64,000 bases of DNA from an uncultured Bacteroidales bacterium (GTDB taxonomy: Bacteria; Bacteroidota; Bacteroidia; Bacteroidales; UBA12077): positions 26,143-90,142 of the forward strand of contig CAZPDP010000002.1 of assembly GCA_964585385.1 (NCBI GenBank), read 5' to 3'. This document shows positions 19,212-28,220 of this stretch, piece by piece (the first letter of the stretch is position 1; every line of letters begins with the position of its first letter). The notes below the pieces were generated by a model. It searched no databases and was not told the DNA's origin. It saw nothing but the letters and a program-made list of their open reading frames with translations. The position numbers and the translations under genes were made by a program.

Positions 19212-20636
19212 CTAAAAAGCTCCTTGTTTACTGATTGAGATCATAAAGCCATAATTGGCGCCGTACATTAACCCTGAATCAACAGCGAAGCTGGTTGATA
19301 TATCCAGTCCGTTTAACCAGTTAACCGGAAAGTTTACCGTAAGCATGGAAGAGGTATACCCTTTTGCGGGGTCGTAAGGATTGGCGTTGGTGCCGAAATT
19401 GTCATGAAAACTGAAAAGCAATTTGTAGTCTATTTCTTTGTAAATGTTTCCCTCAAAGCCGTAATGATGAACAATTACTTTGTTGTTTTTCATGCCGTAC
19501 CCCGTCTCATAATAGACAGGTGAGGTTATGAAGGGGTTCCCCAGTGTGAAGCCATAGTATGACCAGCCCGACCGGTAGAAGTGATTGTTGAAATAGTTGT
19601 CGTTGCCCTTCAGTCCCAGGTCATTGTCATGTACAGGACCGCTTTGCTCTGTGGTATGAAGCAATTCAAAACAGACCCCTGAAATGATTTGCTTTTTGTC
19701 TTTCATTTTCAGACTGATGCCCCACAATCCGTCTTCTACATTTTTCCAGTTGAATCCGGAGCCATCTTCAAATAGTGTCTGCCAATACAGTTTGAAGAAG
19801 AAATCTTCCAGCTCAGCATCCAGGCCAATGACTCTTCCACCCACATGGTTGCCAAGTTTGTTAAGCACATCTCCTTCGGAAGGAGTTTCTTCTTCACTTG
19901 CTGATTGAGGGATGAAAACTTTATAAAAAGATTTCAAATCCCTGGGTAAGGCTTCATCAAATCTTTGTGATTTACCAGCCCACTGAGCAAAGTGATGAAG
20001 ACCCCAGTGAACATTGACAGGCAGGTCCCCTCCGATTCGTATTTTATAGAATTTATGGTGCAGCAATACATTTTCCACATACCTGGGGTAATCCATCCAG
20101 CCGTCCCTGCTGCTTTCAAACCAGCCGTGTTCCATGTACCCGCTGAATTCGAGGTAACCTTTGGTAAAAGGGACATCCACAAATCCATTAGTTCCGATTC
20201 CGATTTTCGGCATGGGACGTGCATTTCCAGACCAGAGAAGTCCTCCTGAAGAGAGGGTGGAGTCCTGGTTTCCATAATGGGTGTTTTTTGATCCGATGAG
20301 AATATTCCCGAACAGCATTTTGGCTTCAACATAATATTGGTTGAGGTAAGGGGTGTTTTGCTGGTTATACCTGTTTACAGCTTCCAGTCCGTACCCGATA
20401 CTGAATTTTTTATCATGGTTGAGGTTGCTTTTTATAAAGGCTTCGATTGTATTGTTAAAACCACCGGGCAGGTATTTGGCCTGGTTATTCGCAACCAGCC
20501 AAAAGGGTGTTTGTTGGCCTTTATAAGGTAAGGTGTTAATGCTTAAGCCGTAATCCGGTTTTTCAATTACCTGGCTAGCTGAAAAAGAAAAACCTGCAAG
20601 CAGCAGAGACAGTATTAATCCGATTCGTTTCCTCAT
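19212..20636 (-). CDS. Outer-membrane beta-barrel protein, possibly capsule-assembly Wzi-like
   Basis: Signal peptide, aromatic/Gly-rich beta-strand pattern, C-terminal aromatic residue; heads the glycosyltransferase operon. Wzi assignment is from size and context only. Confidence 0.4.
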   Translation of the reverse strand: MRKRIGLILSLLLAGFSFSASQVIEKPDYGLSINTLPYKGQQTPFWLVANNQAKYLPGGFNNTIEAFIKSNLNHDKKFSIGYGLEAVNRYNQQNTPYLNQYYVEAKMLFGNILIGSKNTHYGNQDSTLSSGGLLWSGNARPMPKIGIGTNGFVDVPFTKGYLEFSGYMEHGWFESSRDGWMDYPRYVENVLLHHKFYKIRIGGDLPVNVHWGLHHFAQWAGKSQRFDEALPRDLKSFYKVFIPQSASEEETPSEGDVLNKLGNHVGGRVIGLDAELEDFFFKLYWQTLFEDGSGFNWKNVEDGLWGISLKMKDKKQIISGVCFELLHTTEQSGPVHDNDLGLKGNDNYFNNHFYRSGWSYYGFTLGNPFITSPVYYETGYGMKNNKVIVHHYGFEGNIYKEIDYKLLFSFHDNFGTNANPYDPAKGYTSSMLTVNFPVNWLNGLDISTSFAVDSGLMYGANYGFMISISKQGAF

Positions 20637-20735
20637 TCTTTTTGTTTAGTGCGTTTATTACAATTTTAAAAATTCTGTCGTTGAAGTGTTTACGCCGCCA
20701 TATATTTTCATAAACAGCTATAGTGTTAAGAAATA

Positions 20736-20743
20736 CAAAGATA
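20736..20743 (-). promoter_or_regulatory. -7 promoter box (TATCTTTG on the minus strand)
   Basis: CAAAGATA on the plus strand, 99 nt upstream of the OMP gene start at 20636. Confidence 0.35.
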
Positions 20744-20759
20744 TCCAATTTGAAAGAAT

Positions 20760-20790
20760 AAAAAAAAGGGTTGAAGATGCAACCCCTTTT
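20760..20790 (-). terminator. Rho-independent terminator downstream of tonB
   Basis: GGGTTG / CAACCC stem with 6-nt loop, flanked by an A8 run and a T run; read on the minus strand it is followed by a U-tract. Confidence 0.7.
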
Positions 20791-20828
20791 ATATAAATAT
20801 TTTAAGATGAATTCAGAATAAATCTGCT

Positions 20829-21515
20829 TTACTGCAGTCTGAATACGATTGGAATTGTAAATTGAACTCTTACTGGTTTACCTCTTTGTTTCCCAGGTTC
20901 CCATTCCGGGGCGTTCTGAATGGTTCTTACCGCTTCTTCGTCAAGTGCGGGGTCAACGCCTCTGAGAACTGTAACGTTTGAGATAGAGCCGTCTTTGTCA
21001 ATTACGAATTTTACGTACACTGTACCCTCTATACCGTTTTCTGCAGCAATTGTCGGGTATTTGAGGTTTCTCTGAATGTAGTTTCTGAATTTGGACACGC
21101 CGCCACCTTTAAATTGGGGCATATCCTCAACCTTCATAAAAATTTGAGCTTCTTCTTCTTCTTCTTCTTCTTCAGCAAATGCATCAATTTGAACCTGTGT
21201 TTCCTGATCAGCTTCTGTTTCCTCCAGAACAAGTTCATCTTCAATATCTACATCGTTGTCGACAATGTTGATAACCTCTGTTGTTTTTGGAGGCGGAGGC
21301 GGAGGAGGTTGCTTTTGTTGTTCCTGACGTGTTACAGGTACGCTTTCCTGAACCACATCATCATTGTCTTGTTTGCTAAAGCCTTTTACTTTTTCGGGTT
21401 GTGAAGTCCACTCAAATGCCAGGAATACTAGTCCAAGGGTAATGACAAATCCTATCTCTAGAAAAAGGCCCTTTTTCTTCTCTAAATCAGCTTTTTTAGT
21501 TTTTTTCGGTTCCAT
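20829..21515 (-). CDS. tonB: TonB family energy transducer
   Basis: N-terminal TM anchor, Pro-rich PPPPPPPK linker, poly-Glu tract, C-terminal TonB domain (YPTIAAENGIEGTVYVKFVIDKDGSISNVTVLRG). Confidence 0.85.
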   Translation of the reverse strand: MEPKKTKKADLEKKKGLFLEIGFVITLGLVFLAFEWTSQPEKVKGFSKQDNDDVVQESVPVTRQEQQKQPPPPPPPKTTEVINIVDNDVDIEDELVLEETEADQETQVQIDAFAEEEEEEEEAQIFMKVEDMPQFKGGGVSKFRNYIQRNLKYPTIAAENGIEGTVYVKFVIDKDGSISNVTVLRGVDPALDEEAVRTIQNAPEWEPGKQRGKPVRVQFTIPIVFRLQ

Positions 21516-21710
21516 ATTTCCTTTTATTTTTGCTGGGCTAAAATTAATGATTTATAAGTTTATATTCAAAATATATTGGAAAATTAATTTAATTGTTAAA
21601 CAACATATTATTCTTACACATGCAATAACAGTGTTTTATTGTAAAACGGATTCACTATTTCAGATATTTCGTGTTGACAAAAAATAATACAGCGAAAAAA
21701 CGCATATTTA

Positions 21711-22931
21711 TCAAAAAGCTGCCATAAGCAAATCAATATCTCTTGAAGGAATATCAAAACGTTTCCCAAGCTGATTGCTTGTTAGTATTCCATTATAAAT
21801 ATACACTCCATTTCTGAGCCCCCTGTTTTCTTTCAGGAAATTGATAACTCCGCCATATTCACCCATTCTCACGAGAAGAGGTGAAAATACGTTGCTTAGG
21901 GCAATGGAGGCTGTTCTTCCAACACGTGAGGCAATATTAGGTACACAGTAATGGATTACGCCGTGCTTAATATAGGACGGATTATCGATTGTACGGATTT
22001 CTGATGTTTCAACGCATCCTCCCTGGTCAATACTTAAGTCTATAATTACGGATCCTTCTTTCATCTTTTTGACCATGTCTTCATCAATCAGCATTTTTGC
22101 ATACTGCTCCTCCTGGTACATAGCGCCGATTACTGCATCGGCAGATTGAATATCTTTTATAATCACACTGGGATGAAAAACTGATGTGTAGAGCCTGGTA
22201 GCTAGCCGTTTTTGTAATCTTCGGAGTTTAATGAGCGAATTATCAAAAATTTTCAGGGACGCTCCAAGACCGATTGCAGCTCTTGCTGCATATTCAGCGG
22301 CTGTACCAGCTCCCAGAATGACTACTTCGGTTGGTGTGATTCCTGTTACACCGCCTAACATAACCCCTTTGCCGTTTCTTGACTTACTCAGGTATTCCGA
22401 AGCAACCAGGATGGATGTTGTGCCAGCAATCTCACTCATTGCCCTGATAACCGGGAAACTGTTGTCGTCATCCCTGAGAAATTCGAAAGCGATAGCAATA
22501 ACCTTTTTTTGCATCATCTTACGGATGCACTCTTCGTTTTGCTGAGGAAGGTTCAGGCTGGTGATAACTACCTGATCGCCTCTTAGACTATCAATTTCTT
22601 CTGATTTGAGTGGAGAGATTCTTAAAATGATGTCGCACTGATAAACCTGGTTTTTGTTTTCCACTATGAATCCACCATTCTCACTATAATCCGTGTCTTT
22701 ATATTTTGCCTCATTACCGGCCCCGGTCTCGATAATTACTTCATGTCCCTGGTTCACAAGTATCTCAACAGCCTCGGGTGTGAGCGCCACTCGGCTTTCG
22801 ACCACCGCGTCATCTTTGGGTAGTCCAATGACGAGTTTGGAGCTTTTCCTGCCAATCTCAAGCATTTCCTCTTTTGGAAGAAAGCCTGCATTGCTTAGCG
22901 AAAAATTTGGAGAAACCCCTCTTTTTTTCAT
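21711..22931 (-). CDS. ald: Alanine dehydrogenase family NAD-binding protein
   Basis: AlaDH/PNT N-terminal domain and Rossmann motif (VVILGAGTAAEYAARAAIGLGA); 406 aa. Confidence 0.75.
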   Translation of the reverse strand: MKKRGVSPNFSLSNAGFLPKEEMLEIGRKSSKLVIGLPKDDAVVESRVALTPEAVEILVNQGHEVIIETGAGNEAKYKDTDYSENGGFIVENKNQVYQCDIILRISPLKSEEIDSLRGDQVVITSLNLPQQNEECIRKMMQKKVIAIAFEFLRDDDNSFPVIRAMSEIAGTTSILVASEYLSKSRNGKGVMLGGVTGITPTEVVILGAGTAAEYAARAAIGLGASLKIFDNSLIKLRRLQKRLATRLYTSVFHPSVIIKDIQSADAVIGAMYQEEQYAKMLIDEDMVKKMKEGSVIIDLSIDQGGCVETSEIRTIDNPSYIKHGVIHYCVPNIASRVGRTASIALSNVFSPLLVRMGEYGGVINFLKENRGLRNGVYIYNGILTSNQLGKRFDIPSRDIDLLMAAF

Positions 22932-23005
22932 ATATTATGCCTGGTTAAATAAATTAAGGTACGTAAACACCAATATTTTGTTGTTATTTCATTCCTGAAT
23001 GTCAT

Positions 23006-23422
23006 TTAATTGAACTCTATTGTTCTTTTTCCGTTCTGATTTTCAATTATCTTAACATATACCACATTGTTGGGCAACAATTCATCAATCTTTTCCGGCC
23101 ATTCGATAAAACAGTAATTATCATTCTGAAAATAGTCCTCCACCCCAATATCATAAGCTTCTTTAATTGATTCTATCCTGTAGAAGTCCATGTGGTATAT
23201 CTTTTGTCCGGATTCAGACTGATATTCATTGATTAGTGAGAAGGTGGGACTGCTTACAATGTCTACTACGTCCAATTCATTGCATAATGCCTTGATAAAG
23301 GTAGTTTTCCCAGCCCCTAAGTCACCAAAAAATGCAAAAAACTTTTTCCCATCTGTTTTTTCCAGGAATTTTTTAGCTGCTTTCGGCAAATCATTCAGTT
23401 TATTTAATTCCAGTTTTTCCAT
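23006..23422 (-). CDS. tsaE: tRNA threonylcarbamoyladenosine biosynthesis ATPase TsaE
   Basis: 138 aa with GDLGAGKTTF Walker A and SPTFSLINEY motif. Confidence 0.9.
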   Translation of the reverse strand: MEKLELNKLNDLPKAAKKFLEKTDGKKFFAFFGDLGAGKTTFIKALCNELDVVDIVSSPTFSLINEYQSESGQKIYHMDFYRIESIKEAYDIGVEDYFQNDNYCFIEWPEKIDELLPNNVVYVKIIENQNGKRTIEFN

Positions 23423-23440
23423 TTCTAAGAATTAAACAAA

Positions 23441-24997
23441 TTACATTTTTGGATTTAAAATTACAAATGGTATCATCATTTCTTCCATGGAAATTCCACC
23501 ATGCTGAAATGTGTTTCTGAAATAGTTGACGTAATAGTTATAATTATTCGGATACACCAGGTAGTCCTGGTTTGTGGCGAAGATATATTTTGAACTTACA
23601 TGCGTTTTAGGCAGATGAATGGTGGTTGGATCGTTGACATCAAAAACTTCCTGCTTTTTATAGGATAAGTTTTTACCTGTTTTATAGCGGAGGTTAACAG
23701 AAGTGTTCCTGTCTCCAACTACTTTTCGGGGATTATGAACCTGGATGTTCCCGTGGTCTGTAGTTAAGATTATTTTTATTTTTTTATCTGCCAGCTCTTT
23801 GAGTAATGCAAGCAGGGGAGAGTGTCTGAACCACGACAGGGTAAGGGTTCTGTAAGCTGCTTCTGTGCTTGCCAGCTCTTTGATAACATCCATTTCTGTT
23901 CTTGAATGTGAAAGCATGTCAATATAATTAAAAACCAGCACGGATAGGTTGTAATTTAGAAGATTTGAGAGCTTCTGGAGAACTTTCCGGCCGGTTTGTG
24001 CGCGGCTGATCTTTTCATAGAAAAAACGGGTGTCAAGACCCAATCGCGTCAGTTGGTTTTTCAGCAACTCGCTTTCTTTTAGGTTTTTACCCCCGGATTC
24101 TTCGTCGTGGAGCCAAATACCGGGATACAGTTTTTGAATTTCCAGGGGCATCAATCCTGCGAACATTGAATTCCTGGAATATTGAGTTGCTGTGGGAAGT
24201 ATGCTGAAAAACAAGTCTTCTTCTTCGATAGAAAAAAGTTCATTGATATAAGGCATGAGCACTTTCCAGTGATCAAAGCGTAAATTGTCAATAACCAGGA
24301 GAAGTACGTTTTCTTTTGCGGAAAGGAGAGGTAAAACTTTTTCTTTGAAAAGGCTGGGGGACAGGAGCGGTTTTTCCTCTGATTTGTCAGAAAACCACCC
24401 AGCGTAATTACTTTGGATGTATTTGGCAAAAGCATTGTTGGCATCGTGTTTTTGATTCTGTAAAATTTCATGCATTCCGCCGTCCTGGTTTTCAGAAAGT
24501 TCAAGTTCCCAGTAAACGATTTTTCTGTAAATTTTTTTCCAGTCGCTGAAATGAGCGGCATCGCTGATTAGGTTGCTTAATTCCTGGAATTGAGACTGAT
24601 AATTGGAGATAGACTTTTCGGTAATGAGTTTGTCCGTTTCGATATTTTTTTTGATGGTCAGCAAAATTTGTTTGGGATTTACGGGTTTGATGAGGTAGTC
24701 GTCTATTCTTGAACCAATTGCTTCTTCCATAATATTCTCCTCCTCACTCTTTGTAATCATCACTACCGGCACATTGGGCCTGAGGTTTTTGATATCACTG
24801 AGTGCTTCCAGTCCGCTTATGCCCGGCATGTGCTCATCCAAAAATATCAAATCGTAAGGATTGTTCTTAACCATTTCAATGGCATCGTCTGCATTGCTGG
24901 TGGTGAAAACCTTATAGCCTTTTTCCTGAAGGAATAATATATGAGGTCTCAGTAAGTCTATTTCATCATCTACCCAAAGAATTTTTATTTCCTTCAT
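23441..24997 (-). CDS. porX: T9SS response regulator PorX (CheY receiver + PglZ/alkaline-phosphatase-like domain)
   Basis: Receiver domain (ILWVDDE...DLIFLDEHMPGISG...KP), then PglZ-type domain (VIDNLRFDHW...TDHGN); 518 aa; adjacent to sprE/porW-like gene. Confidence 0.8.
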   Translation of the reverse strand: MKEIKILWVDDEIDLLRPHILFLQEKGYKVFTTSNADDAIEMVKNNPYDLIFLDEHMPGISGLEALSDIKNLRPNVPVVMITKSEEENIMEEAIGSRIDDYLIKPVNPKQILLTIKKNIETDKLITEKSISNYQSQFQELSNLISDAAHFSDWKKIYRKIVYWELELSENQDGGMHEILQNQKHDANNAFAKYIQSNYAGWFSDKSEEKPLLSPSLFKEKVLPLLSAKENVLLLVIDNLRFDHWKVLMPYINELFSIEEEDLFFSILPTATQYSRNSMFAGLMPLEIQKLYPGIWLHDEESGGKNLKESELLKNQLTRLGLDTRFFYEKISRAQTGRKVLQKLSNLLNYNLSVLVFNYIDMLSHSRTEMDVIKELASTEAAYRTLTLSWFRHSPLLALLKELADKKIKIILTTDHGNIQVHNPRKVVGDRNTSVNLRYKTGKNLSYKKQEVFDVNDPTTIHLPKTHVSSKYIFATNQDYLVYPNNYNYYVNYFRNTFQHGGISMEEMMIPFVILNPKM

Positions 24998-25019
24998 AGT
25001 TGTGGTTTTGAGATGGTTA

Positions 25020-27764
25020 TCAGCGGGTGGCTAATTTTTTGTCAAAGAATTTAATGTATTCAATTATCGATTTTTTCTCAAGCAGGGTTAAATAATTTTT
25101 GACAGAAATATAGAAAAAGTTGTAATCTGAGGGGTCTATTTCTGAAAAGACCCGATCTTTTTTCTTCTGCAAAATATCATAGTATTCTCTGACTGATTCC
25201 AGGGTTTCAAAACGTTTTACCGACACTACAGTATAATACTCATTGAATTTTTTACTGGAAGTATTATAGTCTTTTTGTAGAAAATAATCAAGATTAAAAT
25301 TAATCAGGTCAAATATAAGCCTGTTGATATCAATTTTTTCAGTATTGGCAACAACTACAAAATAATACTGGTCTTCATCGTCTGATTTATAATCTGTTTC
25401 CGGTTCATCTTCTTGAGGTTCTTTTGTTTCTTTTTGCTCGTTCTCATTATCCCCTTTTCCCTGCTTCTCTTTTCTGACTTTATTTTGTGAGAAATGCTGG
25501 CGCAATTGTTCAAGCTCTGTTTTATTAAGATAAGCCAGCATATCACCGGAAACCTCAGCAATTTCGGTTCCAGGGTATTTCTTTATCAATTCTTCCAGAG
25601 ATTTTCGATACGTAATAATGTCTTCTGTCTTTCCTTTGCTCAACGTTTCAAGAAAATCAAAACGGGCCAGATAATCCTGGCTGTTAAAGTTTTCCCGGGC
25701 GAAGGAAAAATTTTGAATCACCTTGTTGTAGTTCCCATTTCTGTATGCTTTAAGCGTTTCATTGTAGAACTTTTCAATTTCGTTTTGCTCTTGTTCCAGT
25801 TTTTTAAAATAATCGGGATCCTTTAATATTTTCGCATGATTGCTTTCCGGATATTCCCTGATAATTTTGTTCTTGTATTCATTCGCCAGATTACTGTTTC
25901 CTTCCTCTTTATAGAGCTTGTAGAGATAATAGTAACTTGTGAGCTGATATTTATTGTCCGGGTATCTTTCGTTGAGTTCTTTGAAAGCTTCAATGGCTTT
26001 AGGGTTATTTTCCAGGTCATTCATATAAGTCATCCCCACATCGAGATAGGCTTGCTGAATTTTTTGGTGGGAAACTTCCATCAGTGAATCGTTGAGAGGA
26101 AGGTCCCGCAGATAGTATTTTCTGTTGGTTTTAGGCATCTGTTCCTTCTCTTCTTTTTCAGCCTTTTCTGCTTCTGCAAAATCTTCAAACTGAGAGCTTC
26201 TCTTATTTGATCTTCTCCAGTTGTCTTCAAGCTCTCTGGCTCCCCATTTTTGTTGAAATGCCACCTTGCCCCGCTCAACTGCTGTTTGGCTGTAAAAATA
26301 CCAGCTGGAAGAATTCCTGTTTCTCAATTCATTTAACTGAGACTGGGTTAGACGGTTGTTTTGTTGTTGTCTTGCCTGCAAATCCTTTTGCTTTTTGGCT
26401 TGTTCTTCGGCTTTGTATTGCTTTATGAGCTTGTTAATCAATTCATTTCGCTTGCTTTCGCTCATTTGTGCCACTCTCTGTAAGCTGTCCTGCCGGTCGA
26501 TAACATTCAGGTTGCTGACAAGTTTGGTTAGGTATTTATTCTTAATGTACAGGTCTGTATATCCTGGATAATCAGATTCCAAAAAGGTGACAGCGCTGTC
26601 GTAATAGGCCTGTGCATTTTCATAACTCTTTCTTGCAAAATAGATATCAGCTAGCTCCAGATAGGATAAACCCTGCTGGTTTTGATTGTCTTTGCTATTT
26701 CTTGCAGAAAGTTTGAAGTTCTTAATGGCTTCTTCAACCCGGTTTTCTTGCCTGGCAATTTTTGCAAGAGCATAGTATATCTGGTCTTTATAATCTGAGT
26801 TTTTATCATCCTTGAGCATTTTGTCAAGCTCTTGCTTAATTTCTTTTCCTTCAATACCTGCGAGCTGATATAGCCATGCTTTTTTCAGGCTTGCATTGAA
26901 TTTCATCCGGTAATCGGGTTTCATTTCAATGACTTTGTCGTATTGTTCAAAGGCTTTACGGGGTTGGTCGGTTTCTTCCATTATCTGCGCTAAAATGAAC
27001 GAATATCTTGTTTTCTTGGATTTATCACCACAGAATTTTATGGCTTTTCTCAGAAAGGGGATGGCTTGCGCGGGCTGGTCCTGCTTCAGGAAATAATCTG
27101 CATAAGTGGCATTAAATTCCGAACGGATTTGTTCAGGCATTTGCTCAACCTCTTCTGATTTTTTCAATATTTCTGAAGCTTCCCGGTACTTTTGGAGCTG
27201 AATATAACTCCTGATTAACCAAACTTTTGTTTTATAACCCATTTCCTCGTTTTTAAATTCATTTGCAGCATATTCAAGCAATTTGGAAGCTGTGGAGTAG
27301 TCCATTAGCCAGAAGTAGGCTTTTCCCATGAGCAGATAGCTGTCGTCAACAAATCTGTTAAATTCAGACTTGCTGTAGTATTCTTTTTCTTCTTTGGTAA
27401 GTTTACGTTTTTGTTCAAGGTTTTCGGGTTTGGCAGTAATGGAGTGCAGCCGCACCAGTTTGGAAGCCTTTTCAATAGCACGCTCCATTTGAGGTTTTAT
27501 ATTTCCCGAAAGTTTTTCATTTCCATATATAAAAACTGGCAACCGGCGTGTGAAATCGAACTGGTAGTTCTCTTCATACCTGTTAATTCCTTCATTATAA
27601 CTCTCCTTTCCATTAAATAGGATGTTGTAATAGGAGGTAAGATTGTGGTAAGACCTTGTTATGGATGTGTTTTTTTCTGTTCCGCATCTGGCAAGGAGGA
27701 AAACAGAAAGAAGTATGATTATCAAACCACGGATACGCATGTTTTTTTTATTCAATTTCGACAC
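25020..27764 (-). CDS. sprE: TPR-repeat lipoprotein, PorW/SprE-like T9SS component
   Basis: Lipobox (LLARC), N-terminal YHNLTSYYNILFNGKESYNEG segment resembling SprE/PorW, multiple TPR-like repeats, Lys/Glu/Gln-rich low-complexity inserts; 22 nt upstream of porX. Confidence 0.55.
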   Translation of the reverse strand: MSKLNKKNMRIRGLIIILLSVFLLARCGTEKNTSITRSYHNLTSYYNILFNGKESYNEGINRYEENYQFDFTRRLPVFIYGNEKLSGNIKPQMERAIEKASKLVRLHSITAKPENLEQKRKLTKEEKEYYSKSEFNRFVDDSYLLMGKAYFWLMDYSTASKLLEYAANEFKNEEMGYKTKVWLIRSYIQLQKYREASEILKKSEEVEQMPEQIRSEFNATYADYFLKQDQPAQAIPFLRKAIKFCGDKSKKTRYSFILAQIMEETDQPRKAFEQYDKVIEMKPDYRMKFNASLKKAWLYQLAGIEGKEIKQELDKMLKDDKNSDYKDQIYYALAKIARQENRVEEAIKNFKLSARNSKDNQNQQGLSYLELADIYFARKSYENAQAYYDSAVTFLESDYPGYTDLYIKNKYLTKLVSNLNVIDRQDSLQRVAQMSESKRNELINKLIKQYKAEEQAKKQKDLQARQQQNNRLTQSQLNELRNRNSSSWYFYSQTAVERGKVAFQQKWGARELEDNWRRSNKRSSQFEDFAEAEKAEKEEKEQMPKTNRKYYLRDLPLNDSLMEVSHQKIQQAYLDVGMTYMNDLENNPKAIEAFKELNERYPDNKYQLTSYYYLYKLYKEEGNSNLANEYKNKIIREYPESNHAKILKDPDYFKKLEQEQNEIEKFYNETLKAYRNGNYNKVIQNFSFARENFNSQDYLARFDFLETLSKGKTEDIITYRKSLEELIKKYPGTEIAEVSGDMLAYLNKTELEQLRQHFSQNKVRKEKQGKGDNENEQKETKEPQEDEPETDYKSDDEDQYYFVVVANTEKIDINRLIFDLINFNLDYFLQKDYNTSSKKFNEYYTVVSVKRFETLESVREYYDILQKKKDRVFSEIDPSDYNFFYISVKNYLTLLEKKSIIEYIKFFDKKLATR

Positions 27765-27871
27765 TTTTTAAAATTAACTTAAAAACGCCGGGGATATTAT
27801 TCGATTGCCAATAAATTTGAACTTTATCTTGGCTAAGTTTATTTTCTGATATTCGTTAGAAGAATTTGTTT

Positions 27872-27879
27872 CAAAAATA
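27872..27879 (-). promoter_or_regulatory. -7 promoter box (TATTTTTG on the minus strand)
   Basis: CAAAAATA on the plus strand, 107 nt upstream of the sprE-like start. Confidence 0.3.
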
Positions 27880-27969
27880 TAAAAACCGGATATTTTATCT
27901 TTGAGTTAATGACAAAATACCCAGTTTGTATGTTGGTTTATAAGAGAGCCTGCAAATCAATCACGCAAC

Positions 27970-28212
27970 TTATTGATTAATGGCCACTACCTCTTTAAGT
28001 TCCGGTATTTCTTTTTTAAGCGCTTGTTCGACACCGTTTTTCAGTGTAAACAGACTAAAAGGGCATGTACCGCAAGCTCCTGTCAGTTCAACTTTTACCG
28101 TCAGATCATCAGTGATTTCATGTAACACAATGTCACCACCATCAGCAAGCAGGTAAGGTCTTACTTTCTCAATGGTCTGAATAATTTTGTTTTCAACTTC
28201 TTTTTTATCCAT
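27970..28212 (-). CDS. NifU-like Fe-S cluster domain protein
   Basis: 80 aa with NifU C-terminal-domain CxxC motif (GACGTCPFS). Confidence 0.85.
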   Translation of the reverse strand: MDKKEVENKIIQTIEKVRPYLLADGGDIVLHEITDDLTVKVELTGACGTCPFSLFTLKNGVEQALKKEIPELKEVVAINQ

Positions 28213-28220
28213 ACTAGTGT

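Noticed and set aside
19934-20332. 132-aa alternative-frame ORF within the Wzi-like OMP gene, plus the plus-strand ORF at 19992-20249.
   Set aside because: It overlaps the longer signal-peptide-bearing ORF and shows no independent support.
23441-24997. A PglZ domain could indicate a BREX/PGL-type phage-defence gene.
   Set aside because: The PglZ domain is fused to a CheY receiver in a 518-aa protein, which is the PorX architecture. It sits next to a SprE/PorW-like gene, and there are no methyltransferase, BrxC/PglY or Lon-like neighbours.
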